A DNA stretch of 64,000 nucleotides from Candidatus Poribacteria bacterium (lineage in GTDB: Bacteria; Poribacteria; WGA-4E; WGA-3G), in assembly GCA_965205025.1 (NCBI GenBank), contig CBDBFU010000031.1:1-64000 (forward strand), written 5' to 3'. The position numbers were made by a program, and so were the translations under genes. Position 1 is the first letter of the stretch. Each line of letters starts with the position of its first letter. Shown in pieces: positions 28,978 to 39,608 of this stretch. The notes under the pieces are model-generated. The model was not told the DNA's origin, made no database searches, and worked only from the letters and a program-made list of their open reading frames with translations.

Positions 28978-29266
28978 CCATTTTAATAACAAATTGATTG
29001 TATCAAAATAATTAGACCAACCATTTCATATTCTCACTCAATTATCTACCATTCAACATACAGACGAAAACATTGTTATGATATCTATTTAAAATTTCCT
29101 ATTGCTAACTTTGTTGCTATGGTATTATAACCAATACTATGATACCAAGGTGTTCTGGTAATCAATTTTACCAGATAAGTCAATTTAACATTTCAAGTGT
29201 GAAACATCTTCAACTTAAAGATAGTCAAGTAATCCTCTTCAAATTATCATATAAAGGTTTAAAAAT

Positions 29267-30232
29267 ATGAATGTAGTACCAAAAGAATTTATCCGGGTAA
29301 TGCCTGATGCAATGCGTGAATTTATCAGTTCAGCATTTAAGAAAGCAGGTACAACTGACGAAGATGCTGCCCACATGGCTCATCTCTTAGTTCTTACAGA
29401 TCTTCGCGGTGTTTTTAGTCATGGCACACAGCAAACCCCTGGTTACGTTGGGATGATGCTTGATGGCAATGTAAATCCACAACCAGATATACAATGCATT
29501 GATGATTCTCCTACCACAGCAATCTACGACGGTGATGGTGGTATGGGACATTTCGCATCATATCACGCAGCAAAAGCAGCAGTAAAAAAAGCAAAAGAAA
29601 TGGGTATGGGTGCAGCTACCAGTCGTAATCACTTTCATTTTGGAAGTGCAGGTAAATATACAAGACTTGCACTCGAAGAAGATTGCGTTGGTTTCGCAGT
29701 ATCTTGCCACCGTTTTCGACATAGTCCAAGTAGTTCGATTACTACTGCTACCGGGGCATCACCTATGAGTTTTGCCATTCCATCAGGAGATCAACCACCT
29801 ATTGTTGTAGATATGGCATTGAGTATGGATGGAGGTGTTGCTTTTGATCAATGTCCAGCAGCATTTTTCAAGATATTAGGATTAAGCCATGTTAGCCATA
29901 CACTTGGTGGTTTTTTAGCAGGTATATGGTTATTCGATCAACCACCCGATCCTCCAAAAATTTGGGAAGGTGCAAATCAGGGTGCTTTTATTGCAGCATT
30001 TGACATTTCGCGGTTCAGACCTATTGACGAGTTTAAACAAGAAGTTGATCAGCATATTCATGATGCACGACAGATGCAACCAGCACCAGGTTATGACCGA
30101 GCAGACCTACCCGGTGGATTAGAATGGGAGCGGGAACAAGAATGGTCGGAAATTGGAATTCCTGTCGGTGAAGGACATCAGAATCAACTAAAATCAGTTG
30201 CTGAACGAGTGAATATCCCTTTACCATTTTAA
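29267..30232 (+). CDS. Ldh_2 family (malate/L-lactate/sulfolactate-type) oxidoreductase
   Basis: DLRGVFSHG, DGDGGMGH, HFG.AG.Y, P.SFAIP, VVDMA, LPG..E. Confidence 0.9.
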   Translation: MNVVPKEFIRVMPDAMREFISSAFKKAGTTDEDAAHMAHLLVLTDLRGVFSHGTQQTPGYVGMMLDGNVNPQPDIQCIDDSPTTAIYDGDGGMGHFASYHAAKAAVKKAKEMGMGAATSRNHFHFGSAGKYTRLALEEDCVGFAVSCHRFRHSPSSSITTATGASPMSFAIPSGDQPPIVVDMALSMDGGVAFDQCPAAFFKILGLSHVSHTLGGFLAGIWLFDQPPDPPKIWEGANQGAFIAAFDISRFRPIDEFKQEVDQHIHDARQMQPAPGYDRADLPGGLEWEREQEWSEIGIPVGEGHQNQLKSVAERVNIPLPF

Positions 30233-30243
30233 GATCTGCCTTC

Positions 30244-30387
30244 AGGATTGTCAAAAATCGAAATAAAGATACAGCTTGGTTTTCAATGTTGGATAACGAA
30301 TGGACATCTGTCAAAAAGAATATGGAAACCTGGTTGTATGAGAATCCAAAAAGAAAAATTTCACTTACAGCACTCAATAATAGTTAA
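30244..30387 (+). pseudogene. RimJ/RimL-type GNAT acetyltransferase 3' remnant
   Basis: RIVKNRNKDTAWFSMLDNEWTSVKKNMETWL...*, matching the family tail VKGR.RDTAW.S..D.EW; no 5' part. Confidence 0.7.
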
Positions 30388-30402
30388 TAAGGAGATAAAT
30401 CC

Positions 30403-31200
30403 ATGAGCAATCTCAGATTCGCGTGTCATTTGATACAGTTCGGTGGTGAACAACAAGAAAATCCCGAAAAAGTGTTACGAGAAGTCGCTGATGCTGGTTG
30501 GGAAGGTGTCGAAAGTGTACCCATCAGCTCATCTGAAAGTCTTGTTGAGATGGCAACACTCGCTCGTAGTTTAGGTCTTCATATCGTTAATGCCGGTGGA
30601 GACGGTCTTGATCGTGTCAAGCATAATGTCACCTTAGGCAATTATGCTGCAGAAGTCCCTGCATTACGTCGCGGTGATTGGGGTGGTGCTGATCCAACTG
30701 ATGAGGATTTTGAAAATGCTGCCCGTACGTTAGATCAAATTCTTGACTATTGTGTCGCACACGATATAAAAGGTTTTCACCATGCACACCTATGGACGTT
30801 AATAGAAACTGTAGAAGATGCAGAACGACTTTTATCCGTTGCACCAAATCTATGGTTACTATATGATACTGGTCATCTACTTGCTGCCGGTAGTGATCCA
30901 ATGGATGTATTTGAAAGTGATATACTACGTAACAGAATTGGACATGTACATCTAAAAGACTGTCACGCCGATGACCCAGCTACTTGGGATTATAAAACAC
31001 AACGTTTTGGTGAGAAAGCACGGTTTGCTGAACTTGGAGCAGGGAACCTTGGTCTTGATGTTAGGGCTGTACTTAAAGAACTTGAAGCAATCGGATATGA
31101 TGGTTGGGTATCAAATGAACTTGATCGACCCTATCCTGAAAGACCACCAGCAGAAGCAGCTAAAGTCAATAGGGAATATCTAAGTAGTTTAGGGTATTAA
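30403..31200 (+). CDS. Sugar phosphate isomerase/epimerase (IolE-like)
   Basis: HHAH..T.IET, DTGHL...G.DP, HVHLKD, ELG.G, GYDGW...ELD. Confidence 0.85.
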   Translation: MSNLRFACHLIQFGGEQQENPEKVLREVADAGWEGVESVPISSSESLVEMATLARSLGLHIVNAGGDGLDRVKHNVTLGNYAAEVPALRRGDWGGADPTDEDFENAARTLDQILDYCVAHDIKGFHHAHLWTLIETVEDAERLLSVAPNLWLLYDTGHLLAAGSDPMDVFESDILRNRIGHVHLKDCHADDPATWDYKTQRFGEKARFAELGAGNLGLDVRAVLKELEAIGYDGWVSNELDRPYPERPPAEAAKVNREYLSSLGY

Positions 31201-31215
31201 AAAGAGAATCCAATT

Positions 31216-32538
31216 ATGCTGAAACGTATAAGAGTAAAAGGATATAAGTCTCTTGTAGATCTTGAGTTAAAGCTTGAAGCACTTACTGTATTAGTAGGTC
31301 CTAATGCATCAGGAAAAAGCAATTTCCTTGATGCATTACAATTACTCTCACGTATAGCCACTTGTCGATCCTTATATGAAGCATTTGAAGCACCATATAG
31401 AGGAGATCCATTGGAATCATTCACTGTGGGACAGGAAGGAACAAGAAGTCTATTAAAAGAGGATATTATATCCTTCAGTATTGAAGTTGATATTCAACTT
31501 ACTCCTGCTGTTATAGATAGAGTCAATCAAAGGATTAATAATATAAAAGAAACTATTAAGAAGGATTCAAAGAATTTAGTTAATCCTGTTTCACGACGAT
31601 CTATATCAGTACGTGAGAAGGAACTACGATACAGAATCGAGATAGAAATGCTTCCAAAGATGGGAACATTACGCGTGTCTGATGAATATCTGGCAGCAGT
31701 TAATACTGAAGGTAAACCAAAAAAGAATAGAAAGCCATTCATTGAAAGAACCGAAGACCGACTGCACCTACGAATGGAAGGACAATCCCACCCACTATAT
31801 TACGAACGTTATCTTGACTACAGTATACTATCAAGAACACATTATCCTCCACACTATCCTCATTTGATTGCTATGCAAGAGGAATTAACAAGTTGGTTAA
31901 CTTTTTATTTTGAACCAAGGGAACAAATGCGTTTACCAAATCCTGTTAAAGCTGTTCACGATATAGGTCCAATGGGAGAAGATCTTGCTACCTTCCTCTA
32001 TAATCTAAAGGCACACAATATTGATCAATTTCTGGCTATTGAAAAATCTTTAAATAAGATGGTTCCCTGTATAACTGGTATTGACATTCATCTAAACGAT
32101 AAAGGTGAAGTTGAATTAGATTTATTTGAAGATAAAAAGCGATTTTCTTCAAGAGTAATTTCAGAAGGTACATTAAGGATATTAGGTCTGTTAGCCTTGT
32201 TAGGATCTAAAAATCCACCAACTATGATAGGATTTGAGGAACCTGAAAATGGTATACATCCTCGCAGGATTCGACGAATCGCACGAATTTTGGAAACTCG
32301 GATGATTCTTAAAGATATTCAATTCATTGTTACAACACATTCCTCGTTATTACCTGATCTGATTCCATCTGAATCACTATACATTTGTCGTAAGGTAGCT
32401 GGGAACACCGAAATCGAACCATATAAGTTTATGTATTTAGGTCCACATTGGAAGACAACAGAAATTGAGCTGGCATTAAATGACGAAGAAGCGATGTCTC
32501 CATCTGATCGTATTCTGAGAGGGGATTTTGATGATTAA
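31216..32538 (+). CDS. AAA_21 (ABC-type) ATPase
   Basis: GYKSL, GPNASGKSNF, SEGTLR signature, FEEPENGIHP, VTTHS. Confidence 0.9.
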   Translation: MLKRIRVKGYKSLVDLELKLEALTVLVGPNASGKSNFLDALQLLSRIATCRSLYEAFEAPYRGDPLESFTVGQEGTRSLLKEDIISFSIEVDIQLTPAVIDRVNQRINNIKETIKKDSKNLVNPVSRRSISVREKELRYRIEIEMLPKMGTLRVSDEYLAAVNTEGKPKKNRKPFIERTEDRLHLRMEGQSHPLYYERYLDYSILSRTHYPPHYPHLIAMQEELTSWLTFYFEPREQMRLPNPVKAVHDIGPMGEDLATFLYNLKAHNIDQFLAIEKSLNKMVPCITGIDIHLNDKGEVELDLFEDKKRFSSRVISEGTLRILGLLALLGSKNPPTMIGFEEPENGIHPRRIRRIARILETRMILKDIQFIVTTHSSLLPDLIPSESLYICRKVAGNTEIEPYKFMYLGPHWKTTEIELALNDEEAMSPSDRILRGDFDD

Positions 32539-33115
32539 AATCAACATTTTTGTTGAAGATGTTGTACATGAGGAATTCCTAACTGCATTAATTCAACGAC
32601 CTGCTGATGAATATGACCTTACATATAAATTAAACACTTCAAGTGTTCGGGGAGGACGTGGAAAGGTCCTCTCTGAATTAAGACAATATATACAAGATTT
32701 ACAAGATAATTTTGTGGAATCACCAGATTTAATTATCGTTGCAACTGATAGTAATTGTAAAGGAATTGTAGAAAGAGAAAGGGAAATCAACCAATATACA
32801 TCCATATTTTCTAATATCGTGATTAATATGATTCCTGAACCACATATCGAAAGGTGGTTATTACTTGATTCAGAAGCATTTAAAAAAGTATATGGAAGGG
32901 GTTGTGCAAAACCTGACAATAAATGTGAAAAAGGAAGATATAAACACCAACTATTAAATGCAATCTATAACGCAACAAGGACTTCACCTATAGACGGTAC
33001 TGAACGTATAGATGAGCTGATTAATGCAATGGATCTACAACGTTTAATACAAAGTGATAGATCTATACGAAGGTTTATTACTCAACTACAGCAGCGATTT
33101 AACATTCACAATTAG
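32531..33115 (+). CDS. DUF4276-like TOPRIM-fold protein
   Basis: IFVED..HE, IVATDSN, IE.WLL.D; overlaps the ATPase stop. Confidence 0.7.
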   Translation: MIKINIFVEDVVHEEFLTALIQRPADEYDLTYKLNTSSVRGGRGKVLSELRQYIQDLQDNFVESPDLIIVATDSNCKGIVEREREINQYTSIFSNIVINMIPEPHIERWLLLDSEAFKKVYGRGCAKPDNKCEKGRYKHQLLNAIYNATRTSPIDGTERIDELINAMDLQRLIQSDRSIRRFITQLQQRFNIHN

Positions 33116-33242
33116 TCAGATAGTTAAGTCCTCAATCAAGATTCTACTAACGTATTCCATACCTATTAAAATTGAAATGGTGTTTTCGTGATTGTCACTT
33201 TTAAATCCACAATTTAAATATTGTTAATACAAAGGAGAAGAC

Positions 33243-34106
33243 ATGCGTCCCTTACAAATTGATAAAACAGCGAGTCATACCATTCTAAGTTTAACATGTA
33301 TACTAATTTTTGTGATTGGAATAGTAACCAAGGTTGATTCAAAAACAGTTGCAATAGAGGATGGTTTAATTAGTTATTGGAGTTTTGATAAAGACACTGT
33401 AAATGGAAATACCATAGAAGATTTATGGGGTGACCAAGATGCTGAAATGGTAGGGAACTTACAAGTCGTCAAAGGTAAATTTGGTGAGGGTATACAATTA
33501 CCTGGTGGTGCAGGTGCACGTTTAAAAATTACTGATGATATCAATAATGCCATACTACCTAAAAAGGAAATAACCTTAGAATTATGGGTATGGGATGAGC
33601 AGTTTATAGAATGGGGTGGTTATATCGTAGCTTGTCAAGACAATGGTGCATTCGAAAAAGGGTGGCTAATTGGCACTCGTTGGAGATCATTCAGTTTCGC
33701 ACTATCTTCAGATGGAGCTGATGATGGTGATGGATTATTAACCTACCTTAGTACTGCAAATTCATACGATGTCAACCAATGGTACCATGTAGTTGGAACT
33801 TATGATGGTAAAGAAATGAAAATCTATGTTGATGGAAAACTGGAGAATTCTACAGATGTTCAATCAGGGGACATTAACTATCCTGATCGCATCTTCTTTA
33901 CTATTGGTGCATACAAAGATGATAACGAGGATTTTTCACACAAAGGTATCATTGATGAAGTCCGAATTTATGAGCGCGCACTCAGTGAAAAAGAGATTGA
34001 TAATAATCTTAAAGCCGAAGGATTAGCAGTAGAATCAACCGGAAAACTTAGTCTTACATGGGGTAATATCAAGAAAGATTCAATTAAATTCAGAAGAAAT
34101 CAATGA
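33243..34106 (+). CDS. Secreted LamG/concanavalin-like domain protein
   Basis: Signal peptide, GLISYWSFD, WYHVVGTYDG..MKIYVDG, GIIDEVRIY.RALS, tail AVESTGKLSLTWGNIK. Confidence 0.9.
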   Translation: MRPLQIDKTASHTILSLTCILIFVIGIVTKVDSKTVAIEDGLISYWSFDKDTVNGNTIEDLWGDQDAEMVGNLQVVKGKFGEGIQLPGGAGARLKITDDINNAILPKKEITLELWVWDEQFIEWGGYIVACQDNGAFEKGWLIGTRWRSFSFALSSDGADDGDGLLTYLSTANSYDVNQWYHVVGTYDGKEMKIYVDGKLENSTDVQSGDINYPDRIFFTIGAYKDDNEDFSHKGIIDEVRIYERALSEKEIDNNLKAEGLAVESTGKLSLTWGNIKKDSIKFRRNQ

Positions 34107-34122
34107 TGAATTCCTTTCTTCC

Positions 34123-35736
34123 TTATAATCCTGCTGCATGTCGATTTGCATCGGGATCACCAGCAGCATAATATATACCACTCTCTTTATCAACATACAA
34201 CATCACAGGTACCGCTATCGGGTGTGATTTTTTATCAACCCTATGTCCACGATTAATAAGACCATCTATCACATCCTGACAAACGGTAGAATTTATACTT
34301 AATGAACCTGCTTTCTTAAATGTCCTCTCCCGTATTGGATTGGGATCGAATGAATCTTGGTGATGATCGGTTGCAAAACGTGGTGTTCTCACCGCTTCTT
34401 CAGGTAACATATCAAATTCAACAAAATTTAGCAGAAGATTCATCGATGTCTGGTCTTGTAAATCACCTCCTGCAACACTAATTGCCAATACTGGTTCCCC
34501 ATCTTTTAATACCAGTGTAGGTGTCAGAGTAATACGGGGACGCTTTCCTGGTTCAATACAATTTGGATGATTTGGATTCGTATTTAAGCTACGTAAACGA
34601 TTCCCCCAACTAACTCCAGTTGAACCACCCATATTTTCTTCGACATATACGTTAGCACTTGGAGTAGCTGAAACAACATTACCCCATTTGTCTGCAATAA
34701 CACAGGTTGTTGTTCCTCCATCACCTGGACGGTATACACCATCAACTAATATGGGTTTCATGTTTTCAACATCACCAGGTCTCGCTTCATCCGATGCTCT
34801 TTGTATATCTATCAAAGATTGACGGATTTCAGTATATTCATCTGATAACAGTTTCTCAATTGGAACATCAACGAATTCAGGATCAGCATAATATCTATCT
34901 CTGTCTGCCATAGCTAATTTGAGTGATTCAATCACCACATGGATATAATCATCTGATAGATGTCCCATTCCTTTCAAATTAAAATCTTCAAGTAAACGCA
35001 ACGCCTGACAAAGATAGGGACCTTGTGTCCAAGGACCACATTTACAAACTGTATACCCACGATAATCAATAGTCACTGGGTCTTCAACCATTGTCACATG
35101 TGCAGCAAGATCATCTTTTCTTAAAAAACCACCTTTCTCAATATAGTAGGATTCTAATTCTTCAGAAATATCTGGATTCACACCATTTCGACCATAGAAT
35201 CGATCACTTGCGGCTTGAATTTTCTCTTCACGAGTGCCGTTTGTGTTTCGTTCTTCATCAACAAGCCGTCTTAAGGTATTAGCTAATTTTGGATGCCAAT
35301 CAGCATTACCATCATCAAGTAATCGCAGTGTAGGGGTAACAATATCCTCAAAACTCATTGTCCCATAGAGTTTAAGGGTAGTCGTACATAAGTCAACAAC
35401 AGACGGTACTGGTGCCATCTTAATATCACCGTTTGGTATACCGTTTTCCATATACCAGTCAATGGCTTCTTGTGATAAAGGTGCTCTTCCCAGACCAGAC
35501 AGAGATTTCACTTCGCTTTTTTTACTATCATAAATTAGAAGTGGCACTTCACCACCAATAGAACAAGCAACATGATCAGTAATATTTAAAGCAAGAATTG
35601 TGCCTGCAGCAGCATCAGCTGCATTACCTCCTGCTTCTAAGATTTCTACTCCCGCTGCCACCGCCTTTGCTCCACCAGCAGCAACAACACCTTCTTTACT
35701 TTCTGCCTTCCATCCTATATTATTAACATCATGCAT
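34123..35736 (-). CDS. ggt: Gamma-glutamyltransferase family protein
   Basis: GGNAADAA, SIGGE, ADRDRYYADP, GTTT (N-terminal nucleophile Thr), PGKRPR.TL.P, GGD.Q.Q. Confidence 0.9.
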   Translation of the reverse strand: MHDVNNIGWKAESKEGVVAAGGAKAVAAGVEILEAGGNAADAAAGTILALNITDHVACSIGGEVPLLIYDSKKSEVKSLSGLGRAPLSQEAIDWYMENGIPNGDIKMAPVPSVVDLCTTTLKLYGTMSFEDIVTPTLRLLDDGNADWHPKLANTLRRLVDEERNTNGTREEKIQAASDRFYGRNGVNPDISEELESYYIEKGGFLRKDDLAAHVTMVEDPVTIDYRGYTVCKCGPWTQGPYLCQALRLLEDFNLKGMGHLSDDYIHVVIESLKLAMADRDRYYADPEFVDVPIEKLLSDEYTEIRQSLIDIQRASDEARPGDVENMKPILVDGVYRPGDGGTTTCVIADKWGNVVSATPSANVYVEENMGGSTGVSWGNRLRSLNTNPNHPNCIEPGKRPRITLTPTLVLKDGEPVLAISVAGGDLQDQTSMNLLLNFVEFDMLPEEAVRTPRFATDHHQDSFDPNPIRERTFKKAGSLSINSTVCQDVIDGLINRGHRVDKKSHPIAVPVMLYVDKESGIYYAAGDPDANRHAAGL

Positions 35737-35934
35737 ATTACTTCCTCTATGTCTATACTCATATCATAATAATTTAGAATAGAGCATACCATGAACATAT
35801 AACCTTATCAATATCAAATACTTGAATCATTGTACAGTTAATTCGATCAATTTAACAGATTTAATCCAATTAACATATCAGAATGTAAATCATTTGTATA
35901 ATTAAATCAACCACAAACTAAATTCTATAACAAT

Positions 35935-36729
35935 ATGAAACAATCAAAACCACGTCAATTTTGGCACGATTATGCTTCAAGATTCAAGAATCGAAGCTTA
36001 GCAGAAAATTACAAATTTCGACCACCATATCCAGATGAAATCTATGAAACAATACTTGTTTTATTAGAGAATGGAGACAAGAGAATTCTTGATGTAGGAT
36101 GCGGTACAGGGAAAATAGCAAGAAATATTGTTGAATTTGTTGAGAAAGTTGATGCAGTTGATTTCTCTGAAGAGATGATAAGAGAAGGTAAATCCCTTAT
36201 GAATGGTGATCATTCAAATCTACAGTGGATTCACGGTGATATTGAAAATGTAAAACTGTTTCCACCCTATAATTTGGTGACTGCAGGTGCAAGTATACAT
36301 TGGATGGATTGGGATATTGTATTTAAAAGATTCAATGAAGTTCTGACATCAGACGGGTTATTAGTGATTATAGACGGAGACCGTCCAACACAATCACCTT
36401 GGTATACGGATGAAAATTCTTTGATTCGTGTATTTTCAACAAACCAACATTATGAAAAGATTGATTTAATTCAGGAACTCATTGATAGAAAACTCTTACA
36501 TCTAATTGGTGATAAAATAACAAAACCCATTTGTTATTCTCAAGCTTTACAAGATTATATTCATTCTTTTCATTCAAGGGCAAGTCTTGGCAAAGAAGAT
36601 ATGGGTGAGAAAAATGTAATTGAATTTGATACAAAACTTGCCGAAATATTATCTCCCTATACTGATGATAATGGTATTCTAACATATAAGGTAGAATCAA
36701 GGATTTCATGGGGAATACCTATAAATTAA
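35935..36729 (+). CDS. Class I SAM-dependent methyltransferase
   Basis: RPPYP, ILDVGCGTG, VDFSEEM, SIHWMD. Confidence 0.9.
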   Translation: MKQSKPRQFWHDYASRFKNRSLAENYKFRPPYPDEIYETILVLLENGDKRILDVGCGTGKIARNIVEFVEKVDAVDFSEEMIREGKSLMNGDHSNLQWIHGDIENVKLFPPYNLVTAGASIHWMDWDIVFKRFNEVLTSDGLLVIIDGDRPTQSPWYTDENSLIRVFSTNQHYEKIDLIQELIDRKLLHLIGDKITKPICYSQALQDYIHSFHSRASLGKEDMGEKNVIEFDTKLAEILSPYTDDNGILTYKVESRISWGIPIN

Positions 36730-36899
36730 GACTCAATCCCAACCTATAGACTCGGCAGGATCGGTTTCCTAACCGATCCGAATACAAGATCTGATTTATC
36801 AAACTCACTTTTAATGTAGCACAAACTTCCAGTTTGTGTAGTATTTCAAGACATGAATATCACCTAATAATGGGTGAATCATTTATAGAAATGGTATTA
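36713..36899 (-). mobile_element. MITE-like element C, second copy, with two REP hairpins
   Basis: ~36810-36896 is the reverse complement of the 9312-9512 copy minus the MITE D insertion; holds CGGCAGGATCGGTTTCCTAACCGATCCG and GTAGCACAAACTTCCAGTTTGTGTAG; left end degenerate. Confidence 0.6.
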
Positions 36900-36910
36900 C
36901 TATTTTACTA

Positions 36911-38482
36911 TTAAGGAATTCGACGATACAGACGATTATAATTCGTGGAATCAATCAGTTCATATTCCTCTTCTAAACCCTTGACATCACCATATTCTGT
37001 TCGCCACACTATTACATAATCTGCAGGGAGATCTTTATTCTTATATCTGAGTGGAAAATGATCAGTATTTGCTTCATAGTTATTTAAATATGCTATTCCC
37101 TTATTAACTATTAGATGACATTCAATATGACCAAACGGTTCAACGTATTTAGGCTCAAAACCTAGTTCATCTGCAGTGCCATTCCATTCCCCTGGTATAC
37201 TCATAAGAATTGTATCTTCATTATCAATTCCATCCAATGATAAAGCCTCTTTAATATCTCGGTTTAACAGAGTATATGTATGAATGTTGAGTCCAAGATG
37301 ACATAATGATAACATTATGATGATACCAACTATGACATGATTGACTTTCTTATGTACTGGTATAGAGAAAAATGGTAGTAATACTAAGAATATATAAAGA
37401 TGAAACCTATCATTTATCCAACCCCCGCTTAACCCAGACCACGGGGTAATAAAATACAATATAGTAATCAACATTGATAATATGAAAAAACCATCAGTCT
37501 CTATAATGTAGTATGTCCAATTGGGTTTATTCTCATCAGATATTTCATTCTTATTGGTAAGTACTATCCTATAAAATATCGTAAGTATAACAACAATAAA
37601 AAATACCAGCAGTAAAACCTGTCCTACAAGAATATGATCATCACGAAATGAAACCAAAGACTTCATTGATAAGAAATAATCTAACAACCATTCAAACCCA
37701 TTATATTCTTTATTGACATGCTTATCAGCAAGGTATAGATAATGGTTGAAAAACATAAAATATGCTGGTAAAAGAATTCCTATAAAGATTAAACATGATT
37801 TTACTCTTGATATAGATTCTTTCAGTCGTGACAAAAGTGTATTTGATTTAGAATTACTTGACGATATATCTATCACTGTTTCATATACAGATATATACAT
37901 CGAAAGAAATGTCATTGAGAAGATTAGCAATAAATATGAATGAAAATGAGTGAGATACGTTATTAACAACAAGGCATATATGATAACAATGTTATAGACA
38001 TTTATTTTTTCCTTGATTCGCCACCAATAACCAAGAGTGAAGAAAAATAGGGACATACTGATAACAAAGTTGTAAAACCCCATATGAAGGAGATAGTTAT
38101 AAGCAAAGATGAAACCAACAATACCAAAATAAGTGTTTGTCTGCTTAAATCCTTTTAGAAAATAGAATAGTGATAAAGGAAGGAGTATTATACAAAGAGT
38201 GAGAACAATTTTTTCACATACAATCGGTGGGAAAACATACATCAATACCAATAGGAGCGCATGTGAAGTCCAGTTAGGGAATAATGTCGGATTCAATTCG
38301 TAAACTTCTCGTAATTGAGAGTTTTCTGGATGATGATATTCTTTCAATACATAAGCATTATAAATGTGACTGGCTCCATCTTGTGTTGGAAAATACCTAA
38401 ATCCCCATACCGGTATCAGATGAAACACAGTTAAAACAATAACGAGAATCACCTCTTTTGACAATATACGTTCTTTCATCAT
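36911..38482 (-). CDS. Polytopic membrane protein, putative GT-C-like glycosyltransferase
   Basis: FPTQDGASH, PNWTSH, MGFYNF, GGWINDR, NYEAN; paralog of 4673-6781. Confidence 0.6.
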   Translation of the reverse strand: MMKERILSKEVILVIVLTVFHLIPVWGFRYFPTQDGASHIYNAYVLKEYHHPENSQLREVYELNPTLFPNWTSHALLLVLMYVFPPIVCEKIVLTLCIILLPLSLFYFLKGFKQTNTYFGIVGFIFAYNYLLHMGFYNFVISMSLFFFTLGYWWRIKEKINVYNIVIIYALLLITYLTHFHSYLLLIFSMTFLSMYISVYETVIDISSSNSKSNTLLSRLKESISRVKSCLIFIGILLPAYFMFFNHYLYLADKHVNKEYNGFEWLLDYFLSMKSLVSFRDDHILVGQVLLLVFFIVVILTIFYRIVLTNKNEISDENKPNWTYYIIETDGFFILSMLITILYFITPWSGLSGGWINDRFHLYIFLVLLPFFSIPVHKKVNHVIVGIIIMLSLCHLGLNIHTYTLLNRDIKEALSLDGIDNEDTILMSIPGEWNGTADELGFEPKYVEPFGHIECHLIVNKGIAYLNNYEANTDHFPLRYKNKDLPADYVIVWRTEYGDVKGLEEEYELIDSTNYNRLYRRIP

Positions 38483-38600
38483 CTATGTATCCTTACCTTA
38501 AATCATATATTACGATTCTATTCAAACTCTATTTTAATTGAATACATATATTGATACAACCCACATTTTTCTTAAATATCAGATCTCCGATCTTTATTCT

Positions 38601-38702
38601 GTAGCAGGGAACTCCGATTCCCGACTCTTACATCTCTTCTTTAGGAGGGAACTCCGATTCCCGACAGTATTTTGGGATCACGATTCGGGGACCGGTCATA
38701 CA
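38601..38702. repeat. REP cluster (G/T)TAG(C/G)AGGGAACTCCGATTCCCGAC x2 plus a diverged inverted partner
   Basis: Direct copies at 38601 and 38641; ATCACGATTCGGGGACCGGTCATACA at 38677. Confidence 0.75.
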
Positions 38703-38846
38703 AAAATTAATACCAAACGTGACAAATTATTTACACACCCCTTACAATTTGTACTTTTGACTTTCTATTTAATTTCTGTTATTATCTTCAAATGAAATTT
38801 TGAAAGGTATCATAGAGTCATTGGAGTAATTTATGGGAGATAGCTT

Positions 38847-39602
38847 GTGAACCATAAGAGGAAGATTGTTGCAATCGGTGGTGGAGAATTAAAATTACTG
38901 CAAACCGCTGCAATTGATGAACGTATCATCGAGTTGACTGGAAAAACACATCCCAAGGCACTCTTCATCCCAACCGCAAGCGGAGATGCTGAAGGATATA
39001 TTGAGAATTTCCATCAATGCTATGGACAACACTTCGGTTGTAAAACCAACACATTAAAATTAATTCAAAATCCTCCTCCATTAGAGACTATAACAGAACT
39101 GATATTAGGCACAGACCTTATTTATGTAGGTGGAGGAAATACCTACAGGATGATGAAAATATGGCGACGGTTGGGTTTAGATAAAGTATTAGCAGAAGCA
39201 GCTTCACGCGGTATAGTATTATCTGGATTAAGTGCTGGTGCTATCTGTTGGTTCAAATATGGACATAGCGATTCACGCTCATTTTCCAGTAATTCTGAAT
39301 GGGACTATATCCGTGTTAGTGGATTGGGTTTTATTAATGCTATATACTGTCCACATTATCATGTCGAAAAACGGGAAAACAGTTTTACACAGATGATTGC
39401 AAGAAAAGGTGGAATTGGAATAGCCTGTGACAACAATGCTGCTATTGAGATCATCGGAGATAAATACAGGATTCTGACTTCTAAGTCTACTGCCAAAGCA
39501 TATAAATTTTACAAGCATAAAGGTGGATCTGTCATTTCTGAATTACAACCTCAAACGGAATACACACCGTTATCTAAATTATTAGCACGTAGATCAAACT
39601 AA
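38847..39602 (+). CDS. pepE: Peptidase E (S51 family)
   Basis: IVAIGGG, FIPTAS, IYVGGGNT, GLSAGA nucleophile elbow, CPHY. Confidence 0.85.
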   Translation: MNHKRKIVAIGGGELKLLQTAAIDERIIELTGKTHPKALFIPTASGDAEGYIENFHQCYGQHFGCKTNTLKLIQNPPPLETITELILGTDLIYVGGGNTYRMMKIWRRLGLDKVLAEAASRGIVLSGLSAGAICWFKYGHSDSRSFSSNSEWDYIRVSGLGFINAIYCPHYHVEKRENSFTQMIARKGGIGIACDNNAAIEIIGDKYRILTSKSTAKAYKFYKHKGGSVISELQPQTEYTPLSKLLARRSN

Positions 39603-39608
39603 TTTATA

